Shown here piece by piece: positions 19,026-27,714 of a stretch of 64,000 nucleotides of DNA. Position numbers and translations under genes: made by a program. The DNA is from Arenicellales bacterium. Lineage in GTDB: Bacteria; Pseudomonadota; Gammaproteobacteria; Arenicellales; JAJDZL01. Each line of letters opens with the position of its first letter. Within the stretch, counting starts at the first letter, position 1. The DNA lies in contig OZ243975.1 in NCBI GenBank assembly GCA_965214785.1, positions 132,914 to 196,913 of the forward strand, given 5' to 3'. A model generated the notes under the pieces. That model saw only the letters and a list, made by a program, of their open reading frames with translations. It was not told the origin of the DNA and searched no databases.

Positions 19026-20066
19026 TCACAAATCCAATCGTCTGGTATAGAAAGAAAACAGCAATTTCAGCACTTTATCATAACGTGCGAATAACTTGGC
19101 TGTTACTGCAACAGCGTAAACGCTACGTCGTGAAATTTTAACTTGATCTCGATCGGTAAATCGCGGATTGAAATGGATTCGACGCAAAGTCAGTACGGCC
19201 ATTGCCATGGCCATCAGGCAGTGTTCGCGTATGCCGGTTTCGTGCGACGGGATTAGCAGCGTATAGCGCAGTGCATTTTTAAGATGCGACAAGGTAATTT
19301 TTGCTAATTGGAGTACACCTTTTGCGAATTGAGGGTCTTTGGTTAAGGCATCAATGTCTGCCAAGTCCACTCCCAGCGGCTGATAGACCTCGCGCGGCAG
19401 CCAGCACGCGTCGCGCTTTTGATCATCCCAGATGTCCATCAGAATATTTGTCATCTGCAGTCCTTGACCGAAAGACACTGCGAGTGCAAGCATCTGTTCT
19501 TTATTATTGTCAATTTGAGTTGAGTAGTGGCAGAACAGCTCGGTCAGCATCTCTCCTACAACCCCGGCAACATGGTAGCAGTATCGGTCCAGATCAGTGA
19601 TGCGGCTGAGTCCTGAGAGTGAAGCGTTTTGCTGAAACTCGACCATTCCCTGCGTCATAATTTCTACGCAGCGGGAAAGACTTTGTATTTGGACTTGGTC
19701 AAAGCTGTGAGTGATTCGAATCACTCGATGTGTGTTTTGGATCAGAACATATTCGTTTTGCGGGGTTGCCGCAGACAAATTAGGCAGCAGATCGCTAGCG
19801 AATGTTTCGGCACTTTGATTGCCACGAACAACTTCGACGAAATTTGCAGAAAGCTGGCGTTTTAAACTGGTTTCAAGTTCAGGTTCATCTTCGATGGTGT
19901 CTGCAATTCGACATAAAAGATATGCGTTGCCGACAACGATGCGCAAGGGGTCGGGAAGCCGGGGGATAGTCAGTGCGAACGTGCGCGAGACTCCCTGCAA
20001 AATGGTATCTTGGAAGTCCAAGTCTTCGCGACTCGGCTTGCCACAATTCAATGATGCCATGTCCAC
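19026..20066 (-). CDS. sqs: Squalene synthase (eukaryote-type SQS, squalene/phytoene synthase family)
   Basis: Asp-rich motifs RIADTIEDE and DIWDD. YCYHVAGVVGEMLTELF resembles the SQS signature YCHYVAGLVG. 346 aa. Confidence 0.7.
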   Translation of the reverse strand: MDMASLNCGKPSREDLDFQDTILQGVSRTFALTIPRLPDPLRIVVGNAYLLCRIADTIEDEPELETSLKRQLSANFVEVVRGNQSAETFASDLLPNLSAATPQNEYVLIQNTHRVIRITHSFDQVQIQSLSRCVEIMTQGMVEFQQNASLSGLSRITDLDRYCYHVAGVVGEMLTELFCHYSTQIDNNKEQMLALAVSFGQGLQMTNILMDIWDDQKRDACWLPREVYQPLGVDLADIDALTKDPQFAKGVLQLAKITLSHLKNALRYTLLIPSHETGIREHCLMAMAMAVLTLRRIHFNPRFTDRDQVKISRRSVYAVAVTAKLFARYDKVLKLLFSFYTRRLDL

Positions 20067-20452
20067 AACCTTACCTGTCGACAGGTGTTTTGTTGAAAGT
20101 TGTATGGCATAAGTCGCTGCTGAAAAGTCAGTGTATGGAAACTTTCAGGGACAAAACTGCGCTGTCGCCGCATCTTGAGGATTTGATCGGGTCGCTGTAG
20201 AAACTCATTGACATAAAAAGGGCCAGTCGTTTTCGGAGATTATAGATTCGGTTCGGTATTGTTTTTCGATCCGAAGTCAAGCCCATGTGTACCAATAGGC
20301 ATATCTACAGATATTGAAATTTAAAGACTGTTCTGATTCAGGGAAGTTACAAATTGTGCGATAATTTTTAAGCGACGACGTATGACGCAATCAGGGTAGC
20401 GTCATTTTCAGTTTGGGTGTTTTGAGTTCAAAATCTATTTCTCGTAGAGTAT

Positions 20453-21667
20453 TTGCATATGGAAGACATCATTGGAATTCCGGTTTTGGCGGCTTTTTTT
20501 ATTGCTGCTGTAATCATGGGAGTGGTAATCAGCCGTACCAACTTCTGCACCATGGGTGCAGTGTCTGACTGGGTCAATCTCGGCGATTTTGGCAGACTTG
20601 GGGCATGGATGCTTGCGGTTGTCGTAGCCATGCTTGCGGTAGCGTTTATGGAATTAACGGCACTGGTCAACCTCGATGGAGCCAGACCGCCATACCGTTC
20701 ATCTTCTTTTGCCTGGCTTAGGTATATATTTGGCGGAATTCTGTTCGGAGTTGGAATGACATTGGCCGGTGGTTGTGCGAGCAAGAATCTGGTTCGACTT
20801 GGCGGCGGCAGCATCAAGTCTTTGGTCACCCTTGGATTTACCGCAATCTTCGCTTATCTGATGACTAAAACAGTTTTTTATGAAATTGCTTTTTACAACT
20901 GGATGCAGCCATTGGCGTTCGAGCTCAACGATGTCAACGTCAGTTCACAGGATTTCGGATCGCTGCTTGCAGCGTTTTTCAGTTCAATTGACGCCGCGGT
21001 CATCCGTGTGGTCATTGCGCTGGTCGCTTCGGCTGCGGTAATCTGGTTTGTGGTTCGCACACGGGGAATTCGAAAGAATTTAGCCAATGTAGCAGCAGGC
21101 ATCGTTATTGGAATATGTGTAGCGCTAGCGTGGTATATGTCGGCCGGGCCGACTGGGGTGCAATGGATTGAGGCTGCACAATGGGCTGACACACCTCCGG
21201 TCGGAGTCGGCCCGCAATCGTATACATTTATCAATCCATTAGGTGAGTATGTAAGTTTGGCAATCGAATCGGGTGGATTGACGGTACTGCTTACAGTTGG
21301 GATGGCAGCGGCTGCAGGATTGGTGGTCGGTTCGCTGATAGACGCGGTCATTACCAGGCAGTTCAAATTTGTGTGGTTTGTGTCAAGCAAGGACTTCATT
21401 GCTAATGCTATTGGCGGAACACTGATGGGAATCGGTGGAGTATTGGCACTTGGCTGTACTATAGGGCAAGGGATTACCGGGTTGTCTACCTTAGCCGCAG
21501 GGTCTTTATTTGCAGTTGTTGCAATCGTTTTCGGCAGTGCTGCAACACTTAAAGTTCAATACTATCTGCTGGTTTACGAAGAAGCGAGCTTTTTCGATGC
21601 TCTGCTCAGCGCACTTGCGGATTTAAGAATCCTCCCGAACAAACTGAGAAAACTTGAAGCTATCTGA
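20453..21667 (+). CDS. yeeE: YeeE/YedE-family sulfur-compound (thiosulfate-type) transporter
   Basis: 404-aa polytopic protein with the three family Cys motifs (TNFCTMGA, LAGGCASKN, LALGCTIGQG). TTG at 20453; the first ATG is at 20459. Confidence 0.8.
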   Translation: MHMEDIIGIPVLAAFFIAAVIMGVVISRTNFCTMGAVSDWVNLGDFGRLGAWMLAVVVAMLAVAFMELTALVNLDGARPPYRSSSFAWLRYIFGGILFGVGMTLAGGCASKNLVRLGGGSIKSLVTLGFTAIFAYLMTKTVFYEIAFYNWMQPLAFELNDVNVSSQDFGSLLAAFFSSIDAAVIRVVIALVASAAVIWFVVRTRGIRKNLANVAAGIVIGICVALAWYMSAGPTGVQWIEAAQWADTPPVGVGPQSYTFINPLGEYVSLAIESGGLTVLLTVGMAAAAGLVVGSLIDAVITRQFKFVWFVSSKDFIANAIGGTLMGIGGVLALGCTIGQGITGLSTLAAGSLFAVVAIVFGSAATLKVQYYLLVYEEASFFDALLSALADLRILPNKLRKLEAI

Positions 21668-21684
21668 TTCCAACAACAGAGGTA

Positions 21685-22125
21685 ATGAAAATGGCGAAGC
21701 ACTTAGACTGGCTGCCCGAAGACAGGGTATATGACGGCAGTTCCTACCTGTGGGTAAAGGAGAAGTCCGAAGATGGAAGGCTGCGGATCGGAATTGGCTT
21801 GCCAACAGTTGAATCTTTTGGTGAGTTGGCATATCTGAGTCTTTTAGAACCTGGTCAAAAAGTCACCCGCGGTGAGTCTTTGGGTTCTATGGAGGCGGCG
21901 AAGATGACAGGAGAGATTGTCAGTCCGGTGAGCGGCACAATCGTTGAGCGTAACGAACCGGTTTTGGACGAACCGCGCAAAGTCAGCGACGATCCATACA
22001 ACGCTGGCTGGCTGGTTGCGCTAGAGCCTGAGTCTTGGGAGTCAGAGCGCGCACAACTGCATAGCTCAGCGAGTCTTTACGAGCTGCTGCCACAAGAGTT
22101 GCGCGGGCGTCAGGAAAACCACTGA
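21685..22125 (+). CDS. lbpA2: Lipoate-binding protein LbpA (GcvH-like), copy 2
   Basis: 146 aa. Lipoyl-lysine context SMEAAKMTGE. RBS AGAGG. Starts 17 nt after yeeE. Confidence 0.8.
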   Translation: MKMAKHLDWLPEDRVYDGSSYLWVKEKSEDGRLRIGIGLPTVESFGELAYLSLLEPGQKVTRGESLGSMEAAKMTGEIVSPVSGTIVERNEPVLDEPRKVSDDPYNAGWLVALEPESWESERAQLHSSASLYELLPQELRGRQENH

Positions 22126-22134
22126 GTAAATTGC

Positions 22135-23247
22135 GTGAACTGGCGCTTTTTGCAAGACGAAGCGGTTAGCCACGTTACCGGCCTGGCTGTTGACGATGCG
22201 CTGGCGCAACTTGCTGCGCACGACAATCCAGTCACGCTGAGACTCTACACTTACAGTCCCTGTGCACTGATTGGCAGGTTTCAGCATCTGGCGGATGAAA
22301 TTAACCTTGATTTTTGTCATCGCTTGAATATACCGGTCAATCGCAGACCCACCGGCGGCGGTGCAATTATTATGGGACCTGACCAACTGGGTGTCGCGTT
22401 GGTGGTTCCGCCTGATCACTCGCTCGGTGCCGGCTCGGTACGTCAGGTGATGGAACGATGCGCTGGTGGTGTTATCGAAGGGTTATCCATACTTGGAATC
22501 GATTCGCAGTTGTTTGGCAAAAATGATCTTGTTGTTGCAGGACGCAAGATAGCGGGACTTGGATTGTACCGGGCGAAGTGTGGCGCAGTACTGTTTCATG
22601 CATCGGTGCTGCTGGATTTGGATATTCCATACATGCTTGATGTGCTGCGAACTGCGTTTGACAGAACGTCGCAGAAATATTTGACCCGCATCAATGATCG
22701 GTTATGCACGGTACGGACACAAGCGGGCAATGAAAAACAGATGCATGAACTCAAAGAGGCTATAAAGAAGGGATATCAAGATCGATTTGCAGTTAAGTTT
22801 ACATCCGCGGTACCACAAGTTGAGGAACAAGCGCTGTCTGAGAAGCTTGAAAAACAGAAGTATTCCACTCAACAATGGATATTCAACAGTCCATCACGGA
22901 TTCGCGATTCCGTAGGCGGAAGCCAGTTGCGTACTGCCGGAGGCATGCTTGAGGTTCGTGCAATCGTAGCAGGGCAAACGATCAAGTCGGTTTGTCTGGG
23001 CGGAGATTTTATTGCTTCAGACAATGCAGTGCTTGATCTGGAAGGGGCGCTTCGATGGCATATCCGTGACGACAAACTTATTCGAAAGACAGTATTTGAC
23101 AGTGTTGCCAGATATGCGAATTGTTGGCATCAAATCTCACCGAGCGATGTCGCAAACGCGGTAACCGCTGCGGTTGAACAGAGTTTCCCGCAAAACTTGC
23201 AAACACAAACCGGAGCTTGCTTTGCACGGGGGGCTGAAAGTGGCTGA
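22135..23247 (+). CDS. slpl(AB): Lipoate-protein ligase of the sLpl(AB) type
   Basis: BPL/LplA catalytic motifs RRPTGGGAIIMG and AGRKIAGLG, plus a C-terminal accessory domain in one 370-aa chain. Sits between lbpA2 and two radical-SAM genes. Confidence 0.8.
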   Translation: MNWRFLQDEAVSHVTGLAVDDALAQLAAHDNPVTLRLYTYSPCALIGRFQHLADEINLDFCHRLNIPVNRRPTGGGAIIMGPDQLGVALVVPPDHSLGAGSVRQVMERCAGGVIEGLSILGIDSQLFGKNDLVVAGRKIAGLGLYRAKCGAVLFHASVLLDLDIPYMLDVLRTAFDRTSQKYLTRINDRLCTVRTQAGNEKQMHELKEAIKKGYQDRFAVKFTSAVPQVEEQALSEKLEKQKYSTQQWIFNSPSRIRDSVGGSQLRTAGGMLEVRAIVAGQTIKSVCLGGDFIASDNAVLDLEGALRWHIRDDKLIRKTVFDSVARYANCWHQISPSDVANAVTAAVEQSFPQNLQTQTGACFARGAESG

Positions 23248-24220
23248 GACTGTATTTTTTGAAGGCTTTTCATCGCAGCCTGATCGGGTTGATTTGGCTG
23301 CTATGGCGTTAAGACGACAGCATTTCGATGACAGTGTCATTTTTCATGCACCGGGTCTGAAGCGCTACGAAACCTCAGAATACAGCGATCACAATGCAGC
23401 TGAATTTGTCGCTGTAAGTGTAACGGGCGAGGCTTGTGCACTGAGCTGCGAACACTGTAAAACGGGTGTGCTAAAGGGCATGGCGGACTTAACGGCGAGT
23501 AGCGAATCGCTGTATGAGATGTGCTCGCGACTTTATGATCAGGGAGCAAAAGGTGTTCTGATTTCCGGTGGCAGTGACCGAAACGGAAGAGTGCCTTTGA
23601 AAAAGCACATTCCCGACATGATAAGAATTAGTTCGCAATTGAAAATGAAGATTCGCGTTCATCCTGGTCTGCCGGATGAAGAAACTTGTGCCGGGCTTGG
23701 CGATATTGGCATCGACGGTGCGATGATTGATGTAATTGGTGATGAACGAACAATTCGCGAGGTGTATCACTTACAGTGCGGCGTTGGAGAGTATGAAGCG
23801 GTGCTGGAGCGCCTTGAGCGTTACGATGTGCCTTGCGTACCCCATATAGTTATCGGTCTTCACTGGGGCATGATGATGGGAGAGCAGAGCGCACTGGAGA
23901 TGATTTCCCGTTATCGTCTCAAGGTATTGGTTCTTGTCATTTTGATGCCGCTGTCGGGAACACCGATGGTAGCTGTCAAGCCGCCTTCGATCGAGGAGGT
24001 TTCGGAATTTTTCAGCCTGGCGCGCAAAACTGTGCCTGACAAGCCTGTCATGCTCGGCTGCGCACGGCCTTTAGGCAGAATGAAAGAAAAGGTTGATCGT
24101 GCTGCGATCAATGCCGGTTTAAACGGCATTGCATATCCTGCAGAAGGAATTGTCGAATATGCGAAACAATGTGGACTGAAACCGCAATTCATCAATGCGT
24201 GTTGCGGGGTCAATTGGTAA
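23240..24220 (+). CDS. Radical-SAM lipoyl-synthase-like protein (LipS1/LipS2 type; which one is not assignable by eye)
   Basis: CxxxCxxC motif CALSCEHC. Preferred start is the GTG at 23240, which overlaps the ligase stop (GTGGCTGA). The track ORF opens at 23174. Confidence 0.75.
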   Translation: MAETVFFEGFSSQPDRVDLAAMALRRQHFDDSVIFHAPGLKRYETSEYSDHNAAEFVAVSVTGEACALSCEHCKTGVLKGMADLTASSESLYEMCSRLYDQGAKGVLISGGSDRNGRVPLKKHIPDMIRISSQLKMKIRVHPGLPDEETCAGLGDIGIDGAMIDVIGDERTIREVYHLQCGVGEYEAVLERLERYDVPCVPHIVIGLHWGMMMGEQSALEMISRYRLKVLVLVILMPLSGTPMVAVKPPSIEEVSEFFSLARKTVPDKPVMLGCARPLGRMKEKVDRAAINAGLNGIAYPAEGIVEYAKQCGLKPQFINACCGVNW

Positions 24221-24249
24221 GTTAAACATTCAAAGCGAACAGGAACGAT

Positions 24250-25347
24250 ATGGCGACAACTGGAATTCCAACAAAACTTCAGGAACAATATTTTCAAATC
24301 AGCCCCGACTATGTGCGGATTTCTATAGCCGCGGCGATTGAATTAGGGTTGTCTCCCGGGCAGATTAACGGATGCAGTTGCAACTGCATAAACCTGCTGC
24401 AGAACTATCCGCATGGATGTGCGGCGAATTGTTCTTATTGCGGCTTAGCGCGTGAAAGGCCTGGATTGGCAGAAGACAACAGTTTTATCCGCGTAGACTG
24501 GCCCTTGTTTGAAACAGATCTGGTTGCCGAAAAAATCGCAGAAAAAGAAAAAAGAGACACTGTCGGGCGGGTGTGTATTGCGCAGGTTCAAGATCACAGA
24601 GCCACCGCTGACCTGATTGAAATGTCGTCGCGCGTAAGAAAAGCTGCAGCTGACGTTCCGATATCTGCGTTGGTGACAGCAACACTTTTGGATGAAGGCA
24701 GTTTACATCAGATCAAGGCATCCGGGGTTGACATTATCGGAGTTGGATTAGATGCAGTGTCGGAAGAAGTATTTTTGCGTACCCGGGGGAAATTGGCAAA
24801 AGGTCCGCATCAGTGGGACCAGCATTGGGAAATTGTTCGCTTGGCGCGTCGGATTTACGGACCGATGAAGGTTAATTGTCACTTGATCGTTGGGCTCGGG
24901 GAGACCGACCAAGAAATGTTCGATATGATTTATCAGTTAAAGTCTGAGCAGATTGCCGGTTACCTGTTTTCATTCAATCCGGAACCCGGTACGGCGATGC
25001 AGGATGTTCCGCGGGCTGCGCTGGTGCGATGGCGTCGGATTCAGTATGTCAAACACCTCATTGAAGAGTATGATTTGCCGGCAGATGCGCTTGAATACAG
25101 CAAAACCGGGGATTTAATTCGAGTTGATGCGCCGGACAATATGGCATCTGCTGCAATGAGCAGCGGCTTGGCATTTATGACAAATGGATGTCCGGACAGG
25201 GCAGGGGTGATGGCCTGCAACCGGCCGTATGGTTCTTACCGTCCGGGCGAGGAGTTCCGGGATTATCCTTTTCTGCCTGACCGGGACGAATTAGACAAGA
25301 TTGCTCAACAAACTAAAGTCAAGGCACTTCACGGCGAATTTCACTAA
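24250..25347 (+). CDS. Radical-SAM lipoyl-synthase-like protein (LipS1/LipS2 type, second member)
   Basis: CxxxCxxC motif CAANCSYC. Biotin-synthase-like 365-aa protein. Confidence 0.75.
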   Translation: MATTGIPTKLQEQYFQISPDYVRISIAAAIELGLSPGQINGCSCNCINLLQNYPHGCAANCSYCGLARERPGLAEDNSFIRVDWPLFETDLVAEKIAEKEKRDTVGRVCIAQVQDHRATADLIEMSSRVRKAAADVPISALVTATLLDEGSLHQIKASGVDIIGVGLDAVSEEVFLRTRGKLAKGPHQWDQHWEIVRLARRIYGPMKVNCHLIVGLGETDQEMFDMIYQLKSEQIAGYLFSFNPEPGTAMQDVPRAALVRWRRIQYVKHLIEEYDLPADALEYSKTGDLIRVDAPDNMASAAMSSGLAFMTNGCPDRAGVMACNRPYGSYRPGEEFRDYPFLPDRDELDKIAQQTKVKALHGEFH

Positions 25348-25456
25348 TACTCGACATCTTCAGCAAGTAGACCACCTTTTTGTTCATTTGCAATCGGTAG
25401 TGAAAACAACGTAATGCAGAATTGTGTGACAAGTTGACTTCAATGAATGTGAAAGG

Positions 25457-25480
25457 TAAAAATCTGAATCGACATTCAGA
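25457..25480 (-). terminator. Rho-independent terminator (minus strand)
   Basis: Minus strand reads TCTGAAT-GTCG-ATTCAGA followed by TTTTTA, beginning about 22 nt after the stop of the 25503..25694 ORF. Confidence 0.55.
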
Positions 25481-25502
25481 CTGTAAATTCAATGAAATTT
25501 GG

Positions 25503-25694
25503 TTATATGAGCCATTGTGACAGTTGCCGTGTAGACAGCTGATTGACAGTGGGGAAATCGTCGCGAACGAGACTGATTGTTTGTTTCCATCGGTCAGCGA
25601 ACTGCTCGCTATCGGCGAACGATGCGGGAACTGTTATTACACAAATAAACGACATAATAACAATAAGATGTATAGAATACTTCCTAAATCGCAT
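25503..25694 (-). CDS. Candidate small secreted protein (63 aa)
   Basis: ATG start and a signal-peptide-like N-terminus (MRFRKYSIHLIVIMSFICVITVPASFA/DS). It has its own terminator, but no clear RBS and no recognisable family. Confidence 0.3.
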   Translation of the reverse strand: MRFRKYSIHLIVIMSFICVITVPASFADSEQFADRWKQTISLVRDDFPTVNQLSTRQLSQWLI

Positions 25695-25739
25695 GAAACT
25701 AATTGACTAACCCATACTGAATTGAATAAGAAAACTTTG

Positions 25740-27215
25740 CATCAGCTAAGGCGTACAGAAAAATGGTGTGTATGAGCGGTGGATAACAATTTAACCTGTC
25801 CAAATCAACGAGCGTGATTGGGAGCGTAGAAAAACAGATTTGAATTGGTAGTCGTTCGGAACACCATAATGGCGAGTTGTTCAAACCGCTTGCGGCGGTT
25901 CTACAGGTAAAGCCCTGAGGTAATCTCCGAGAGAAGGGATCGGAATCTTATATTGGTCCGGTATTTTTAGTGCCGGGGCTAGCAATCCTGCATGCAACGC
26001 ATTGGTCAAAAAATCGTCAATACTCTCTGCTTTTCTTTTTCGCGCAGATTCCGTTAGCAAATCAATCTCATCATATGACAAGGTATCCACAAAATCCTCT
26101 TTCTTTTTAGCCGCTGCCAAGGCCAATTTCTTATACACCCATGCTCGGCTGGAACCGGCTTTAACCCTTCCTGCATAGTAGTCGTTTTTGCGTTCAACTC
26201 CCTCGTCGAGTGCCTGTTCAAGCAAATGCCTTTCCATCCGGCCTTCGTTAGCGCGTAACACTTCACCTGCAGTCACTCCAATCCGATTGATGTGTTGTGG
26301 CCACCCCTGGGACAAGTCCGCTAAAGCATCTGCCCAGAAATCCTTTTCTTCCTCAGCTCCGATATAGTAAGCATCCAACATGCGTCGAAAGGAACCGGCT
26401 GCAACCTCCGTTTCAAGAGATTCCAGATTTACAACTCTTTTAGCGGCATATCTCGACAAGCCAAACTGGCGCAATACCTGTTCAGTATCGCTTAGACCAA
26501 AGAATGCTGCAACCAGAGGAATCTCCTTGGGTGGATCGTGCAAACAGCCCATCACGCCTTTAGTAGTACCCGCTTCCGGCGTATTTTGGGCTTCATCCAC
26601 AAAGACCACCAGATGAAACTTTTCAAGCAAAGGCGAAGCTTCGCGGAAAATGCGGGCCGACCTCATCGTCATTTCTGAAAGGCTGGCAGTCTGTGATCTG
26701 CCACTTACAGAATTTCCCGCTACGCCAACTTCCCATTCTGACAATTCTCCGTACAATTTTCCGCCCAAGTCCAGCAATTTCCTGAGATTACGGGCAATTG
26801 CATCTGGCGCTATCTTTGAAAGTCGATCGCTTTCTTTATTCGCTGCATCAATCAAGTCCATCACGACTTCGGCAGGTGATATCAGGGTGTCTGGTTTGAT
26901 AGATACAGCAACCCAGGGATCATCCGGTGTTGAATGACATCTGACAGCTTCCACGCATTCTTGCATCAGCGCAGTTTTTCCGACACCAGGTGCACCTTGG
27001 AACACCATTGTGCCACCACCTACTTGCCCTGCACGGAGGCTTTCTACCGCATTGCGAAAGATATCGTACTCAGCATCCCGGCCATGAAAAAAAGCCTCAC
27101 GACCGACTTCGGCGCGATCGGTTTGATCCCGCCACACTTCCTCTGGCAGAGGTTTTACTGGCAGTGGCTTGGGGAAAGGTCTTTGATGCATGCGGGTAAT
27201 TTTATTCCAATCAGG
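25740..27215 (-). repeat. Direct repeat copy A (ATPase gene plus ~150 bp 3' flank and ~25 bp 5' flank)
   Basis: Aligns without indels across the whole 436-codon gene to 47032..48342 at a constant offset of 21,151 bp. Weaker, indel-containing similarity continues 3' of the stop. Confidence 0.85.
25881..27191 (-). CDS. P-loop NTPase, AAA_16/AAA_22 (STAND/ORC-like) type, copy 1
   Basis: Pre-Walker pattern FFHGRDAEYDIFRNAVESL. Walker A GAPGVGKT (26972-26999). Walker B LVVFVDEAQ (~26587-26612). 436 aa with no added effector or repeat domain. Confidence 0.8.
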   Translation of the reverse strand: MHQRPFPKPLPVKPLPEEVWRDQTDRAEVGREAFFHGRDAEYDIFRNAVESLRAGQVGGGTMVFQGAPGVGKTALMQECVEAVRCHSTPDDPWVAVSIKPDTLISPAEVVMDLIDAANKESDRLSKIAPDAIARNLRKLLDLGGKLYGELSEWEVGVAGNSVSGRSQTASLSEMTMRSARIFREASPLLEKFHLVVFVDEAQNTPEAGTTKGVMGCLHDPPKEIPLVAAFFGLSDTEQVLRQFGLSRYAAKRVVNLESLETEVAAGSFRRMLDAYYIGAEEEKDFWADALADLSQGWPQHINRIGVTAGEVLRANEGRMERHLLEQALDEGVERKNDYYAGRVKAGSSRAWVYKKLALAAAKKKEDFVDTLSYDEIDLLTESARKRKAESIDDFLTNALHAGLLAPALKIPDQYKIPIPSLGDYLRALPVEPPQAV

Positions 27216-27603
27216 ATTTGACAGTCTTGTCCGGCTTTACAATCAATCCGTTTTGAAGTTTATTATGGGGACGAACTAATCGCCTTGAACGAGATCAATA
27301 TTTTAGAACAATAGCCGCTAACTTAAAATCTCACGTCCCCGGGAATCAAAAGAAAAGGCAAATTGACTGCTGTCAGCCTGATAAGGGTCACACAACAAAA
27401 CCCTTGCCAACGAGCATATTTTCAACTGCACAAGCGTCAAGGTAATACAATAAGCGCCTGAGTTTTGATGGACTAATCCTGACAGTGGTAGGAACAAGAC
27501 TTAAACAAAAGTGCTTGAAAATGCAATTCACACACAATAATATCAGTAACCGAACCGAGTTTTATTCATCGCGGCATCCGCGTTGTAAATCCAAACCGTT
27601 CTA

Positions 27604-27612
27604 CCCCCCCCC
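27604..27612 (+). repeat. Homopolymeric C9 tract in the open leader frame upstream of the 27715 gene
   Basis: Nine consecutive C residues read directly. See the finding on start-codon logic. Confidence 0.9.
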
Positions 27613-27714
27613 GCTGGATCTAACCGCCGCTTAGCACCCCCTGTCGTAAGCGCAAGTACTGCGACAGATCGCTTTCGCTTTAACCCTCACGTCTGCGGTG
27701 TAAAGACCGCATTT

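Noticed and set aside
23174-23239. Upstream part of the first radical-SAM ORF, which overlaps the ligase gene by 74 nt
   Set aside because: The GTG at 23240 overlaps the ligase stop codon (GTGGCTGA), the usual coupling arrangement. The longer overlap is less likely.
25699-25884. 61-aa minus-strand ORF whose TTG start overlaps the stop of ATPase copy 1 (possible coupled partner gene)
   Set aside because: The homologous 3' flank of copy 2 carries no comparable ORF. It has a TTG start, no RBS and no recognisable motif.
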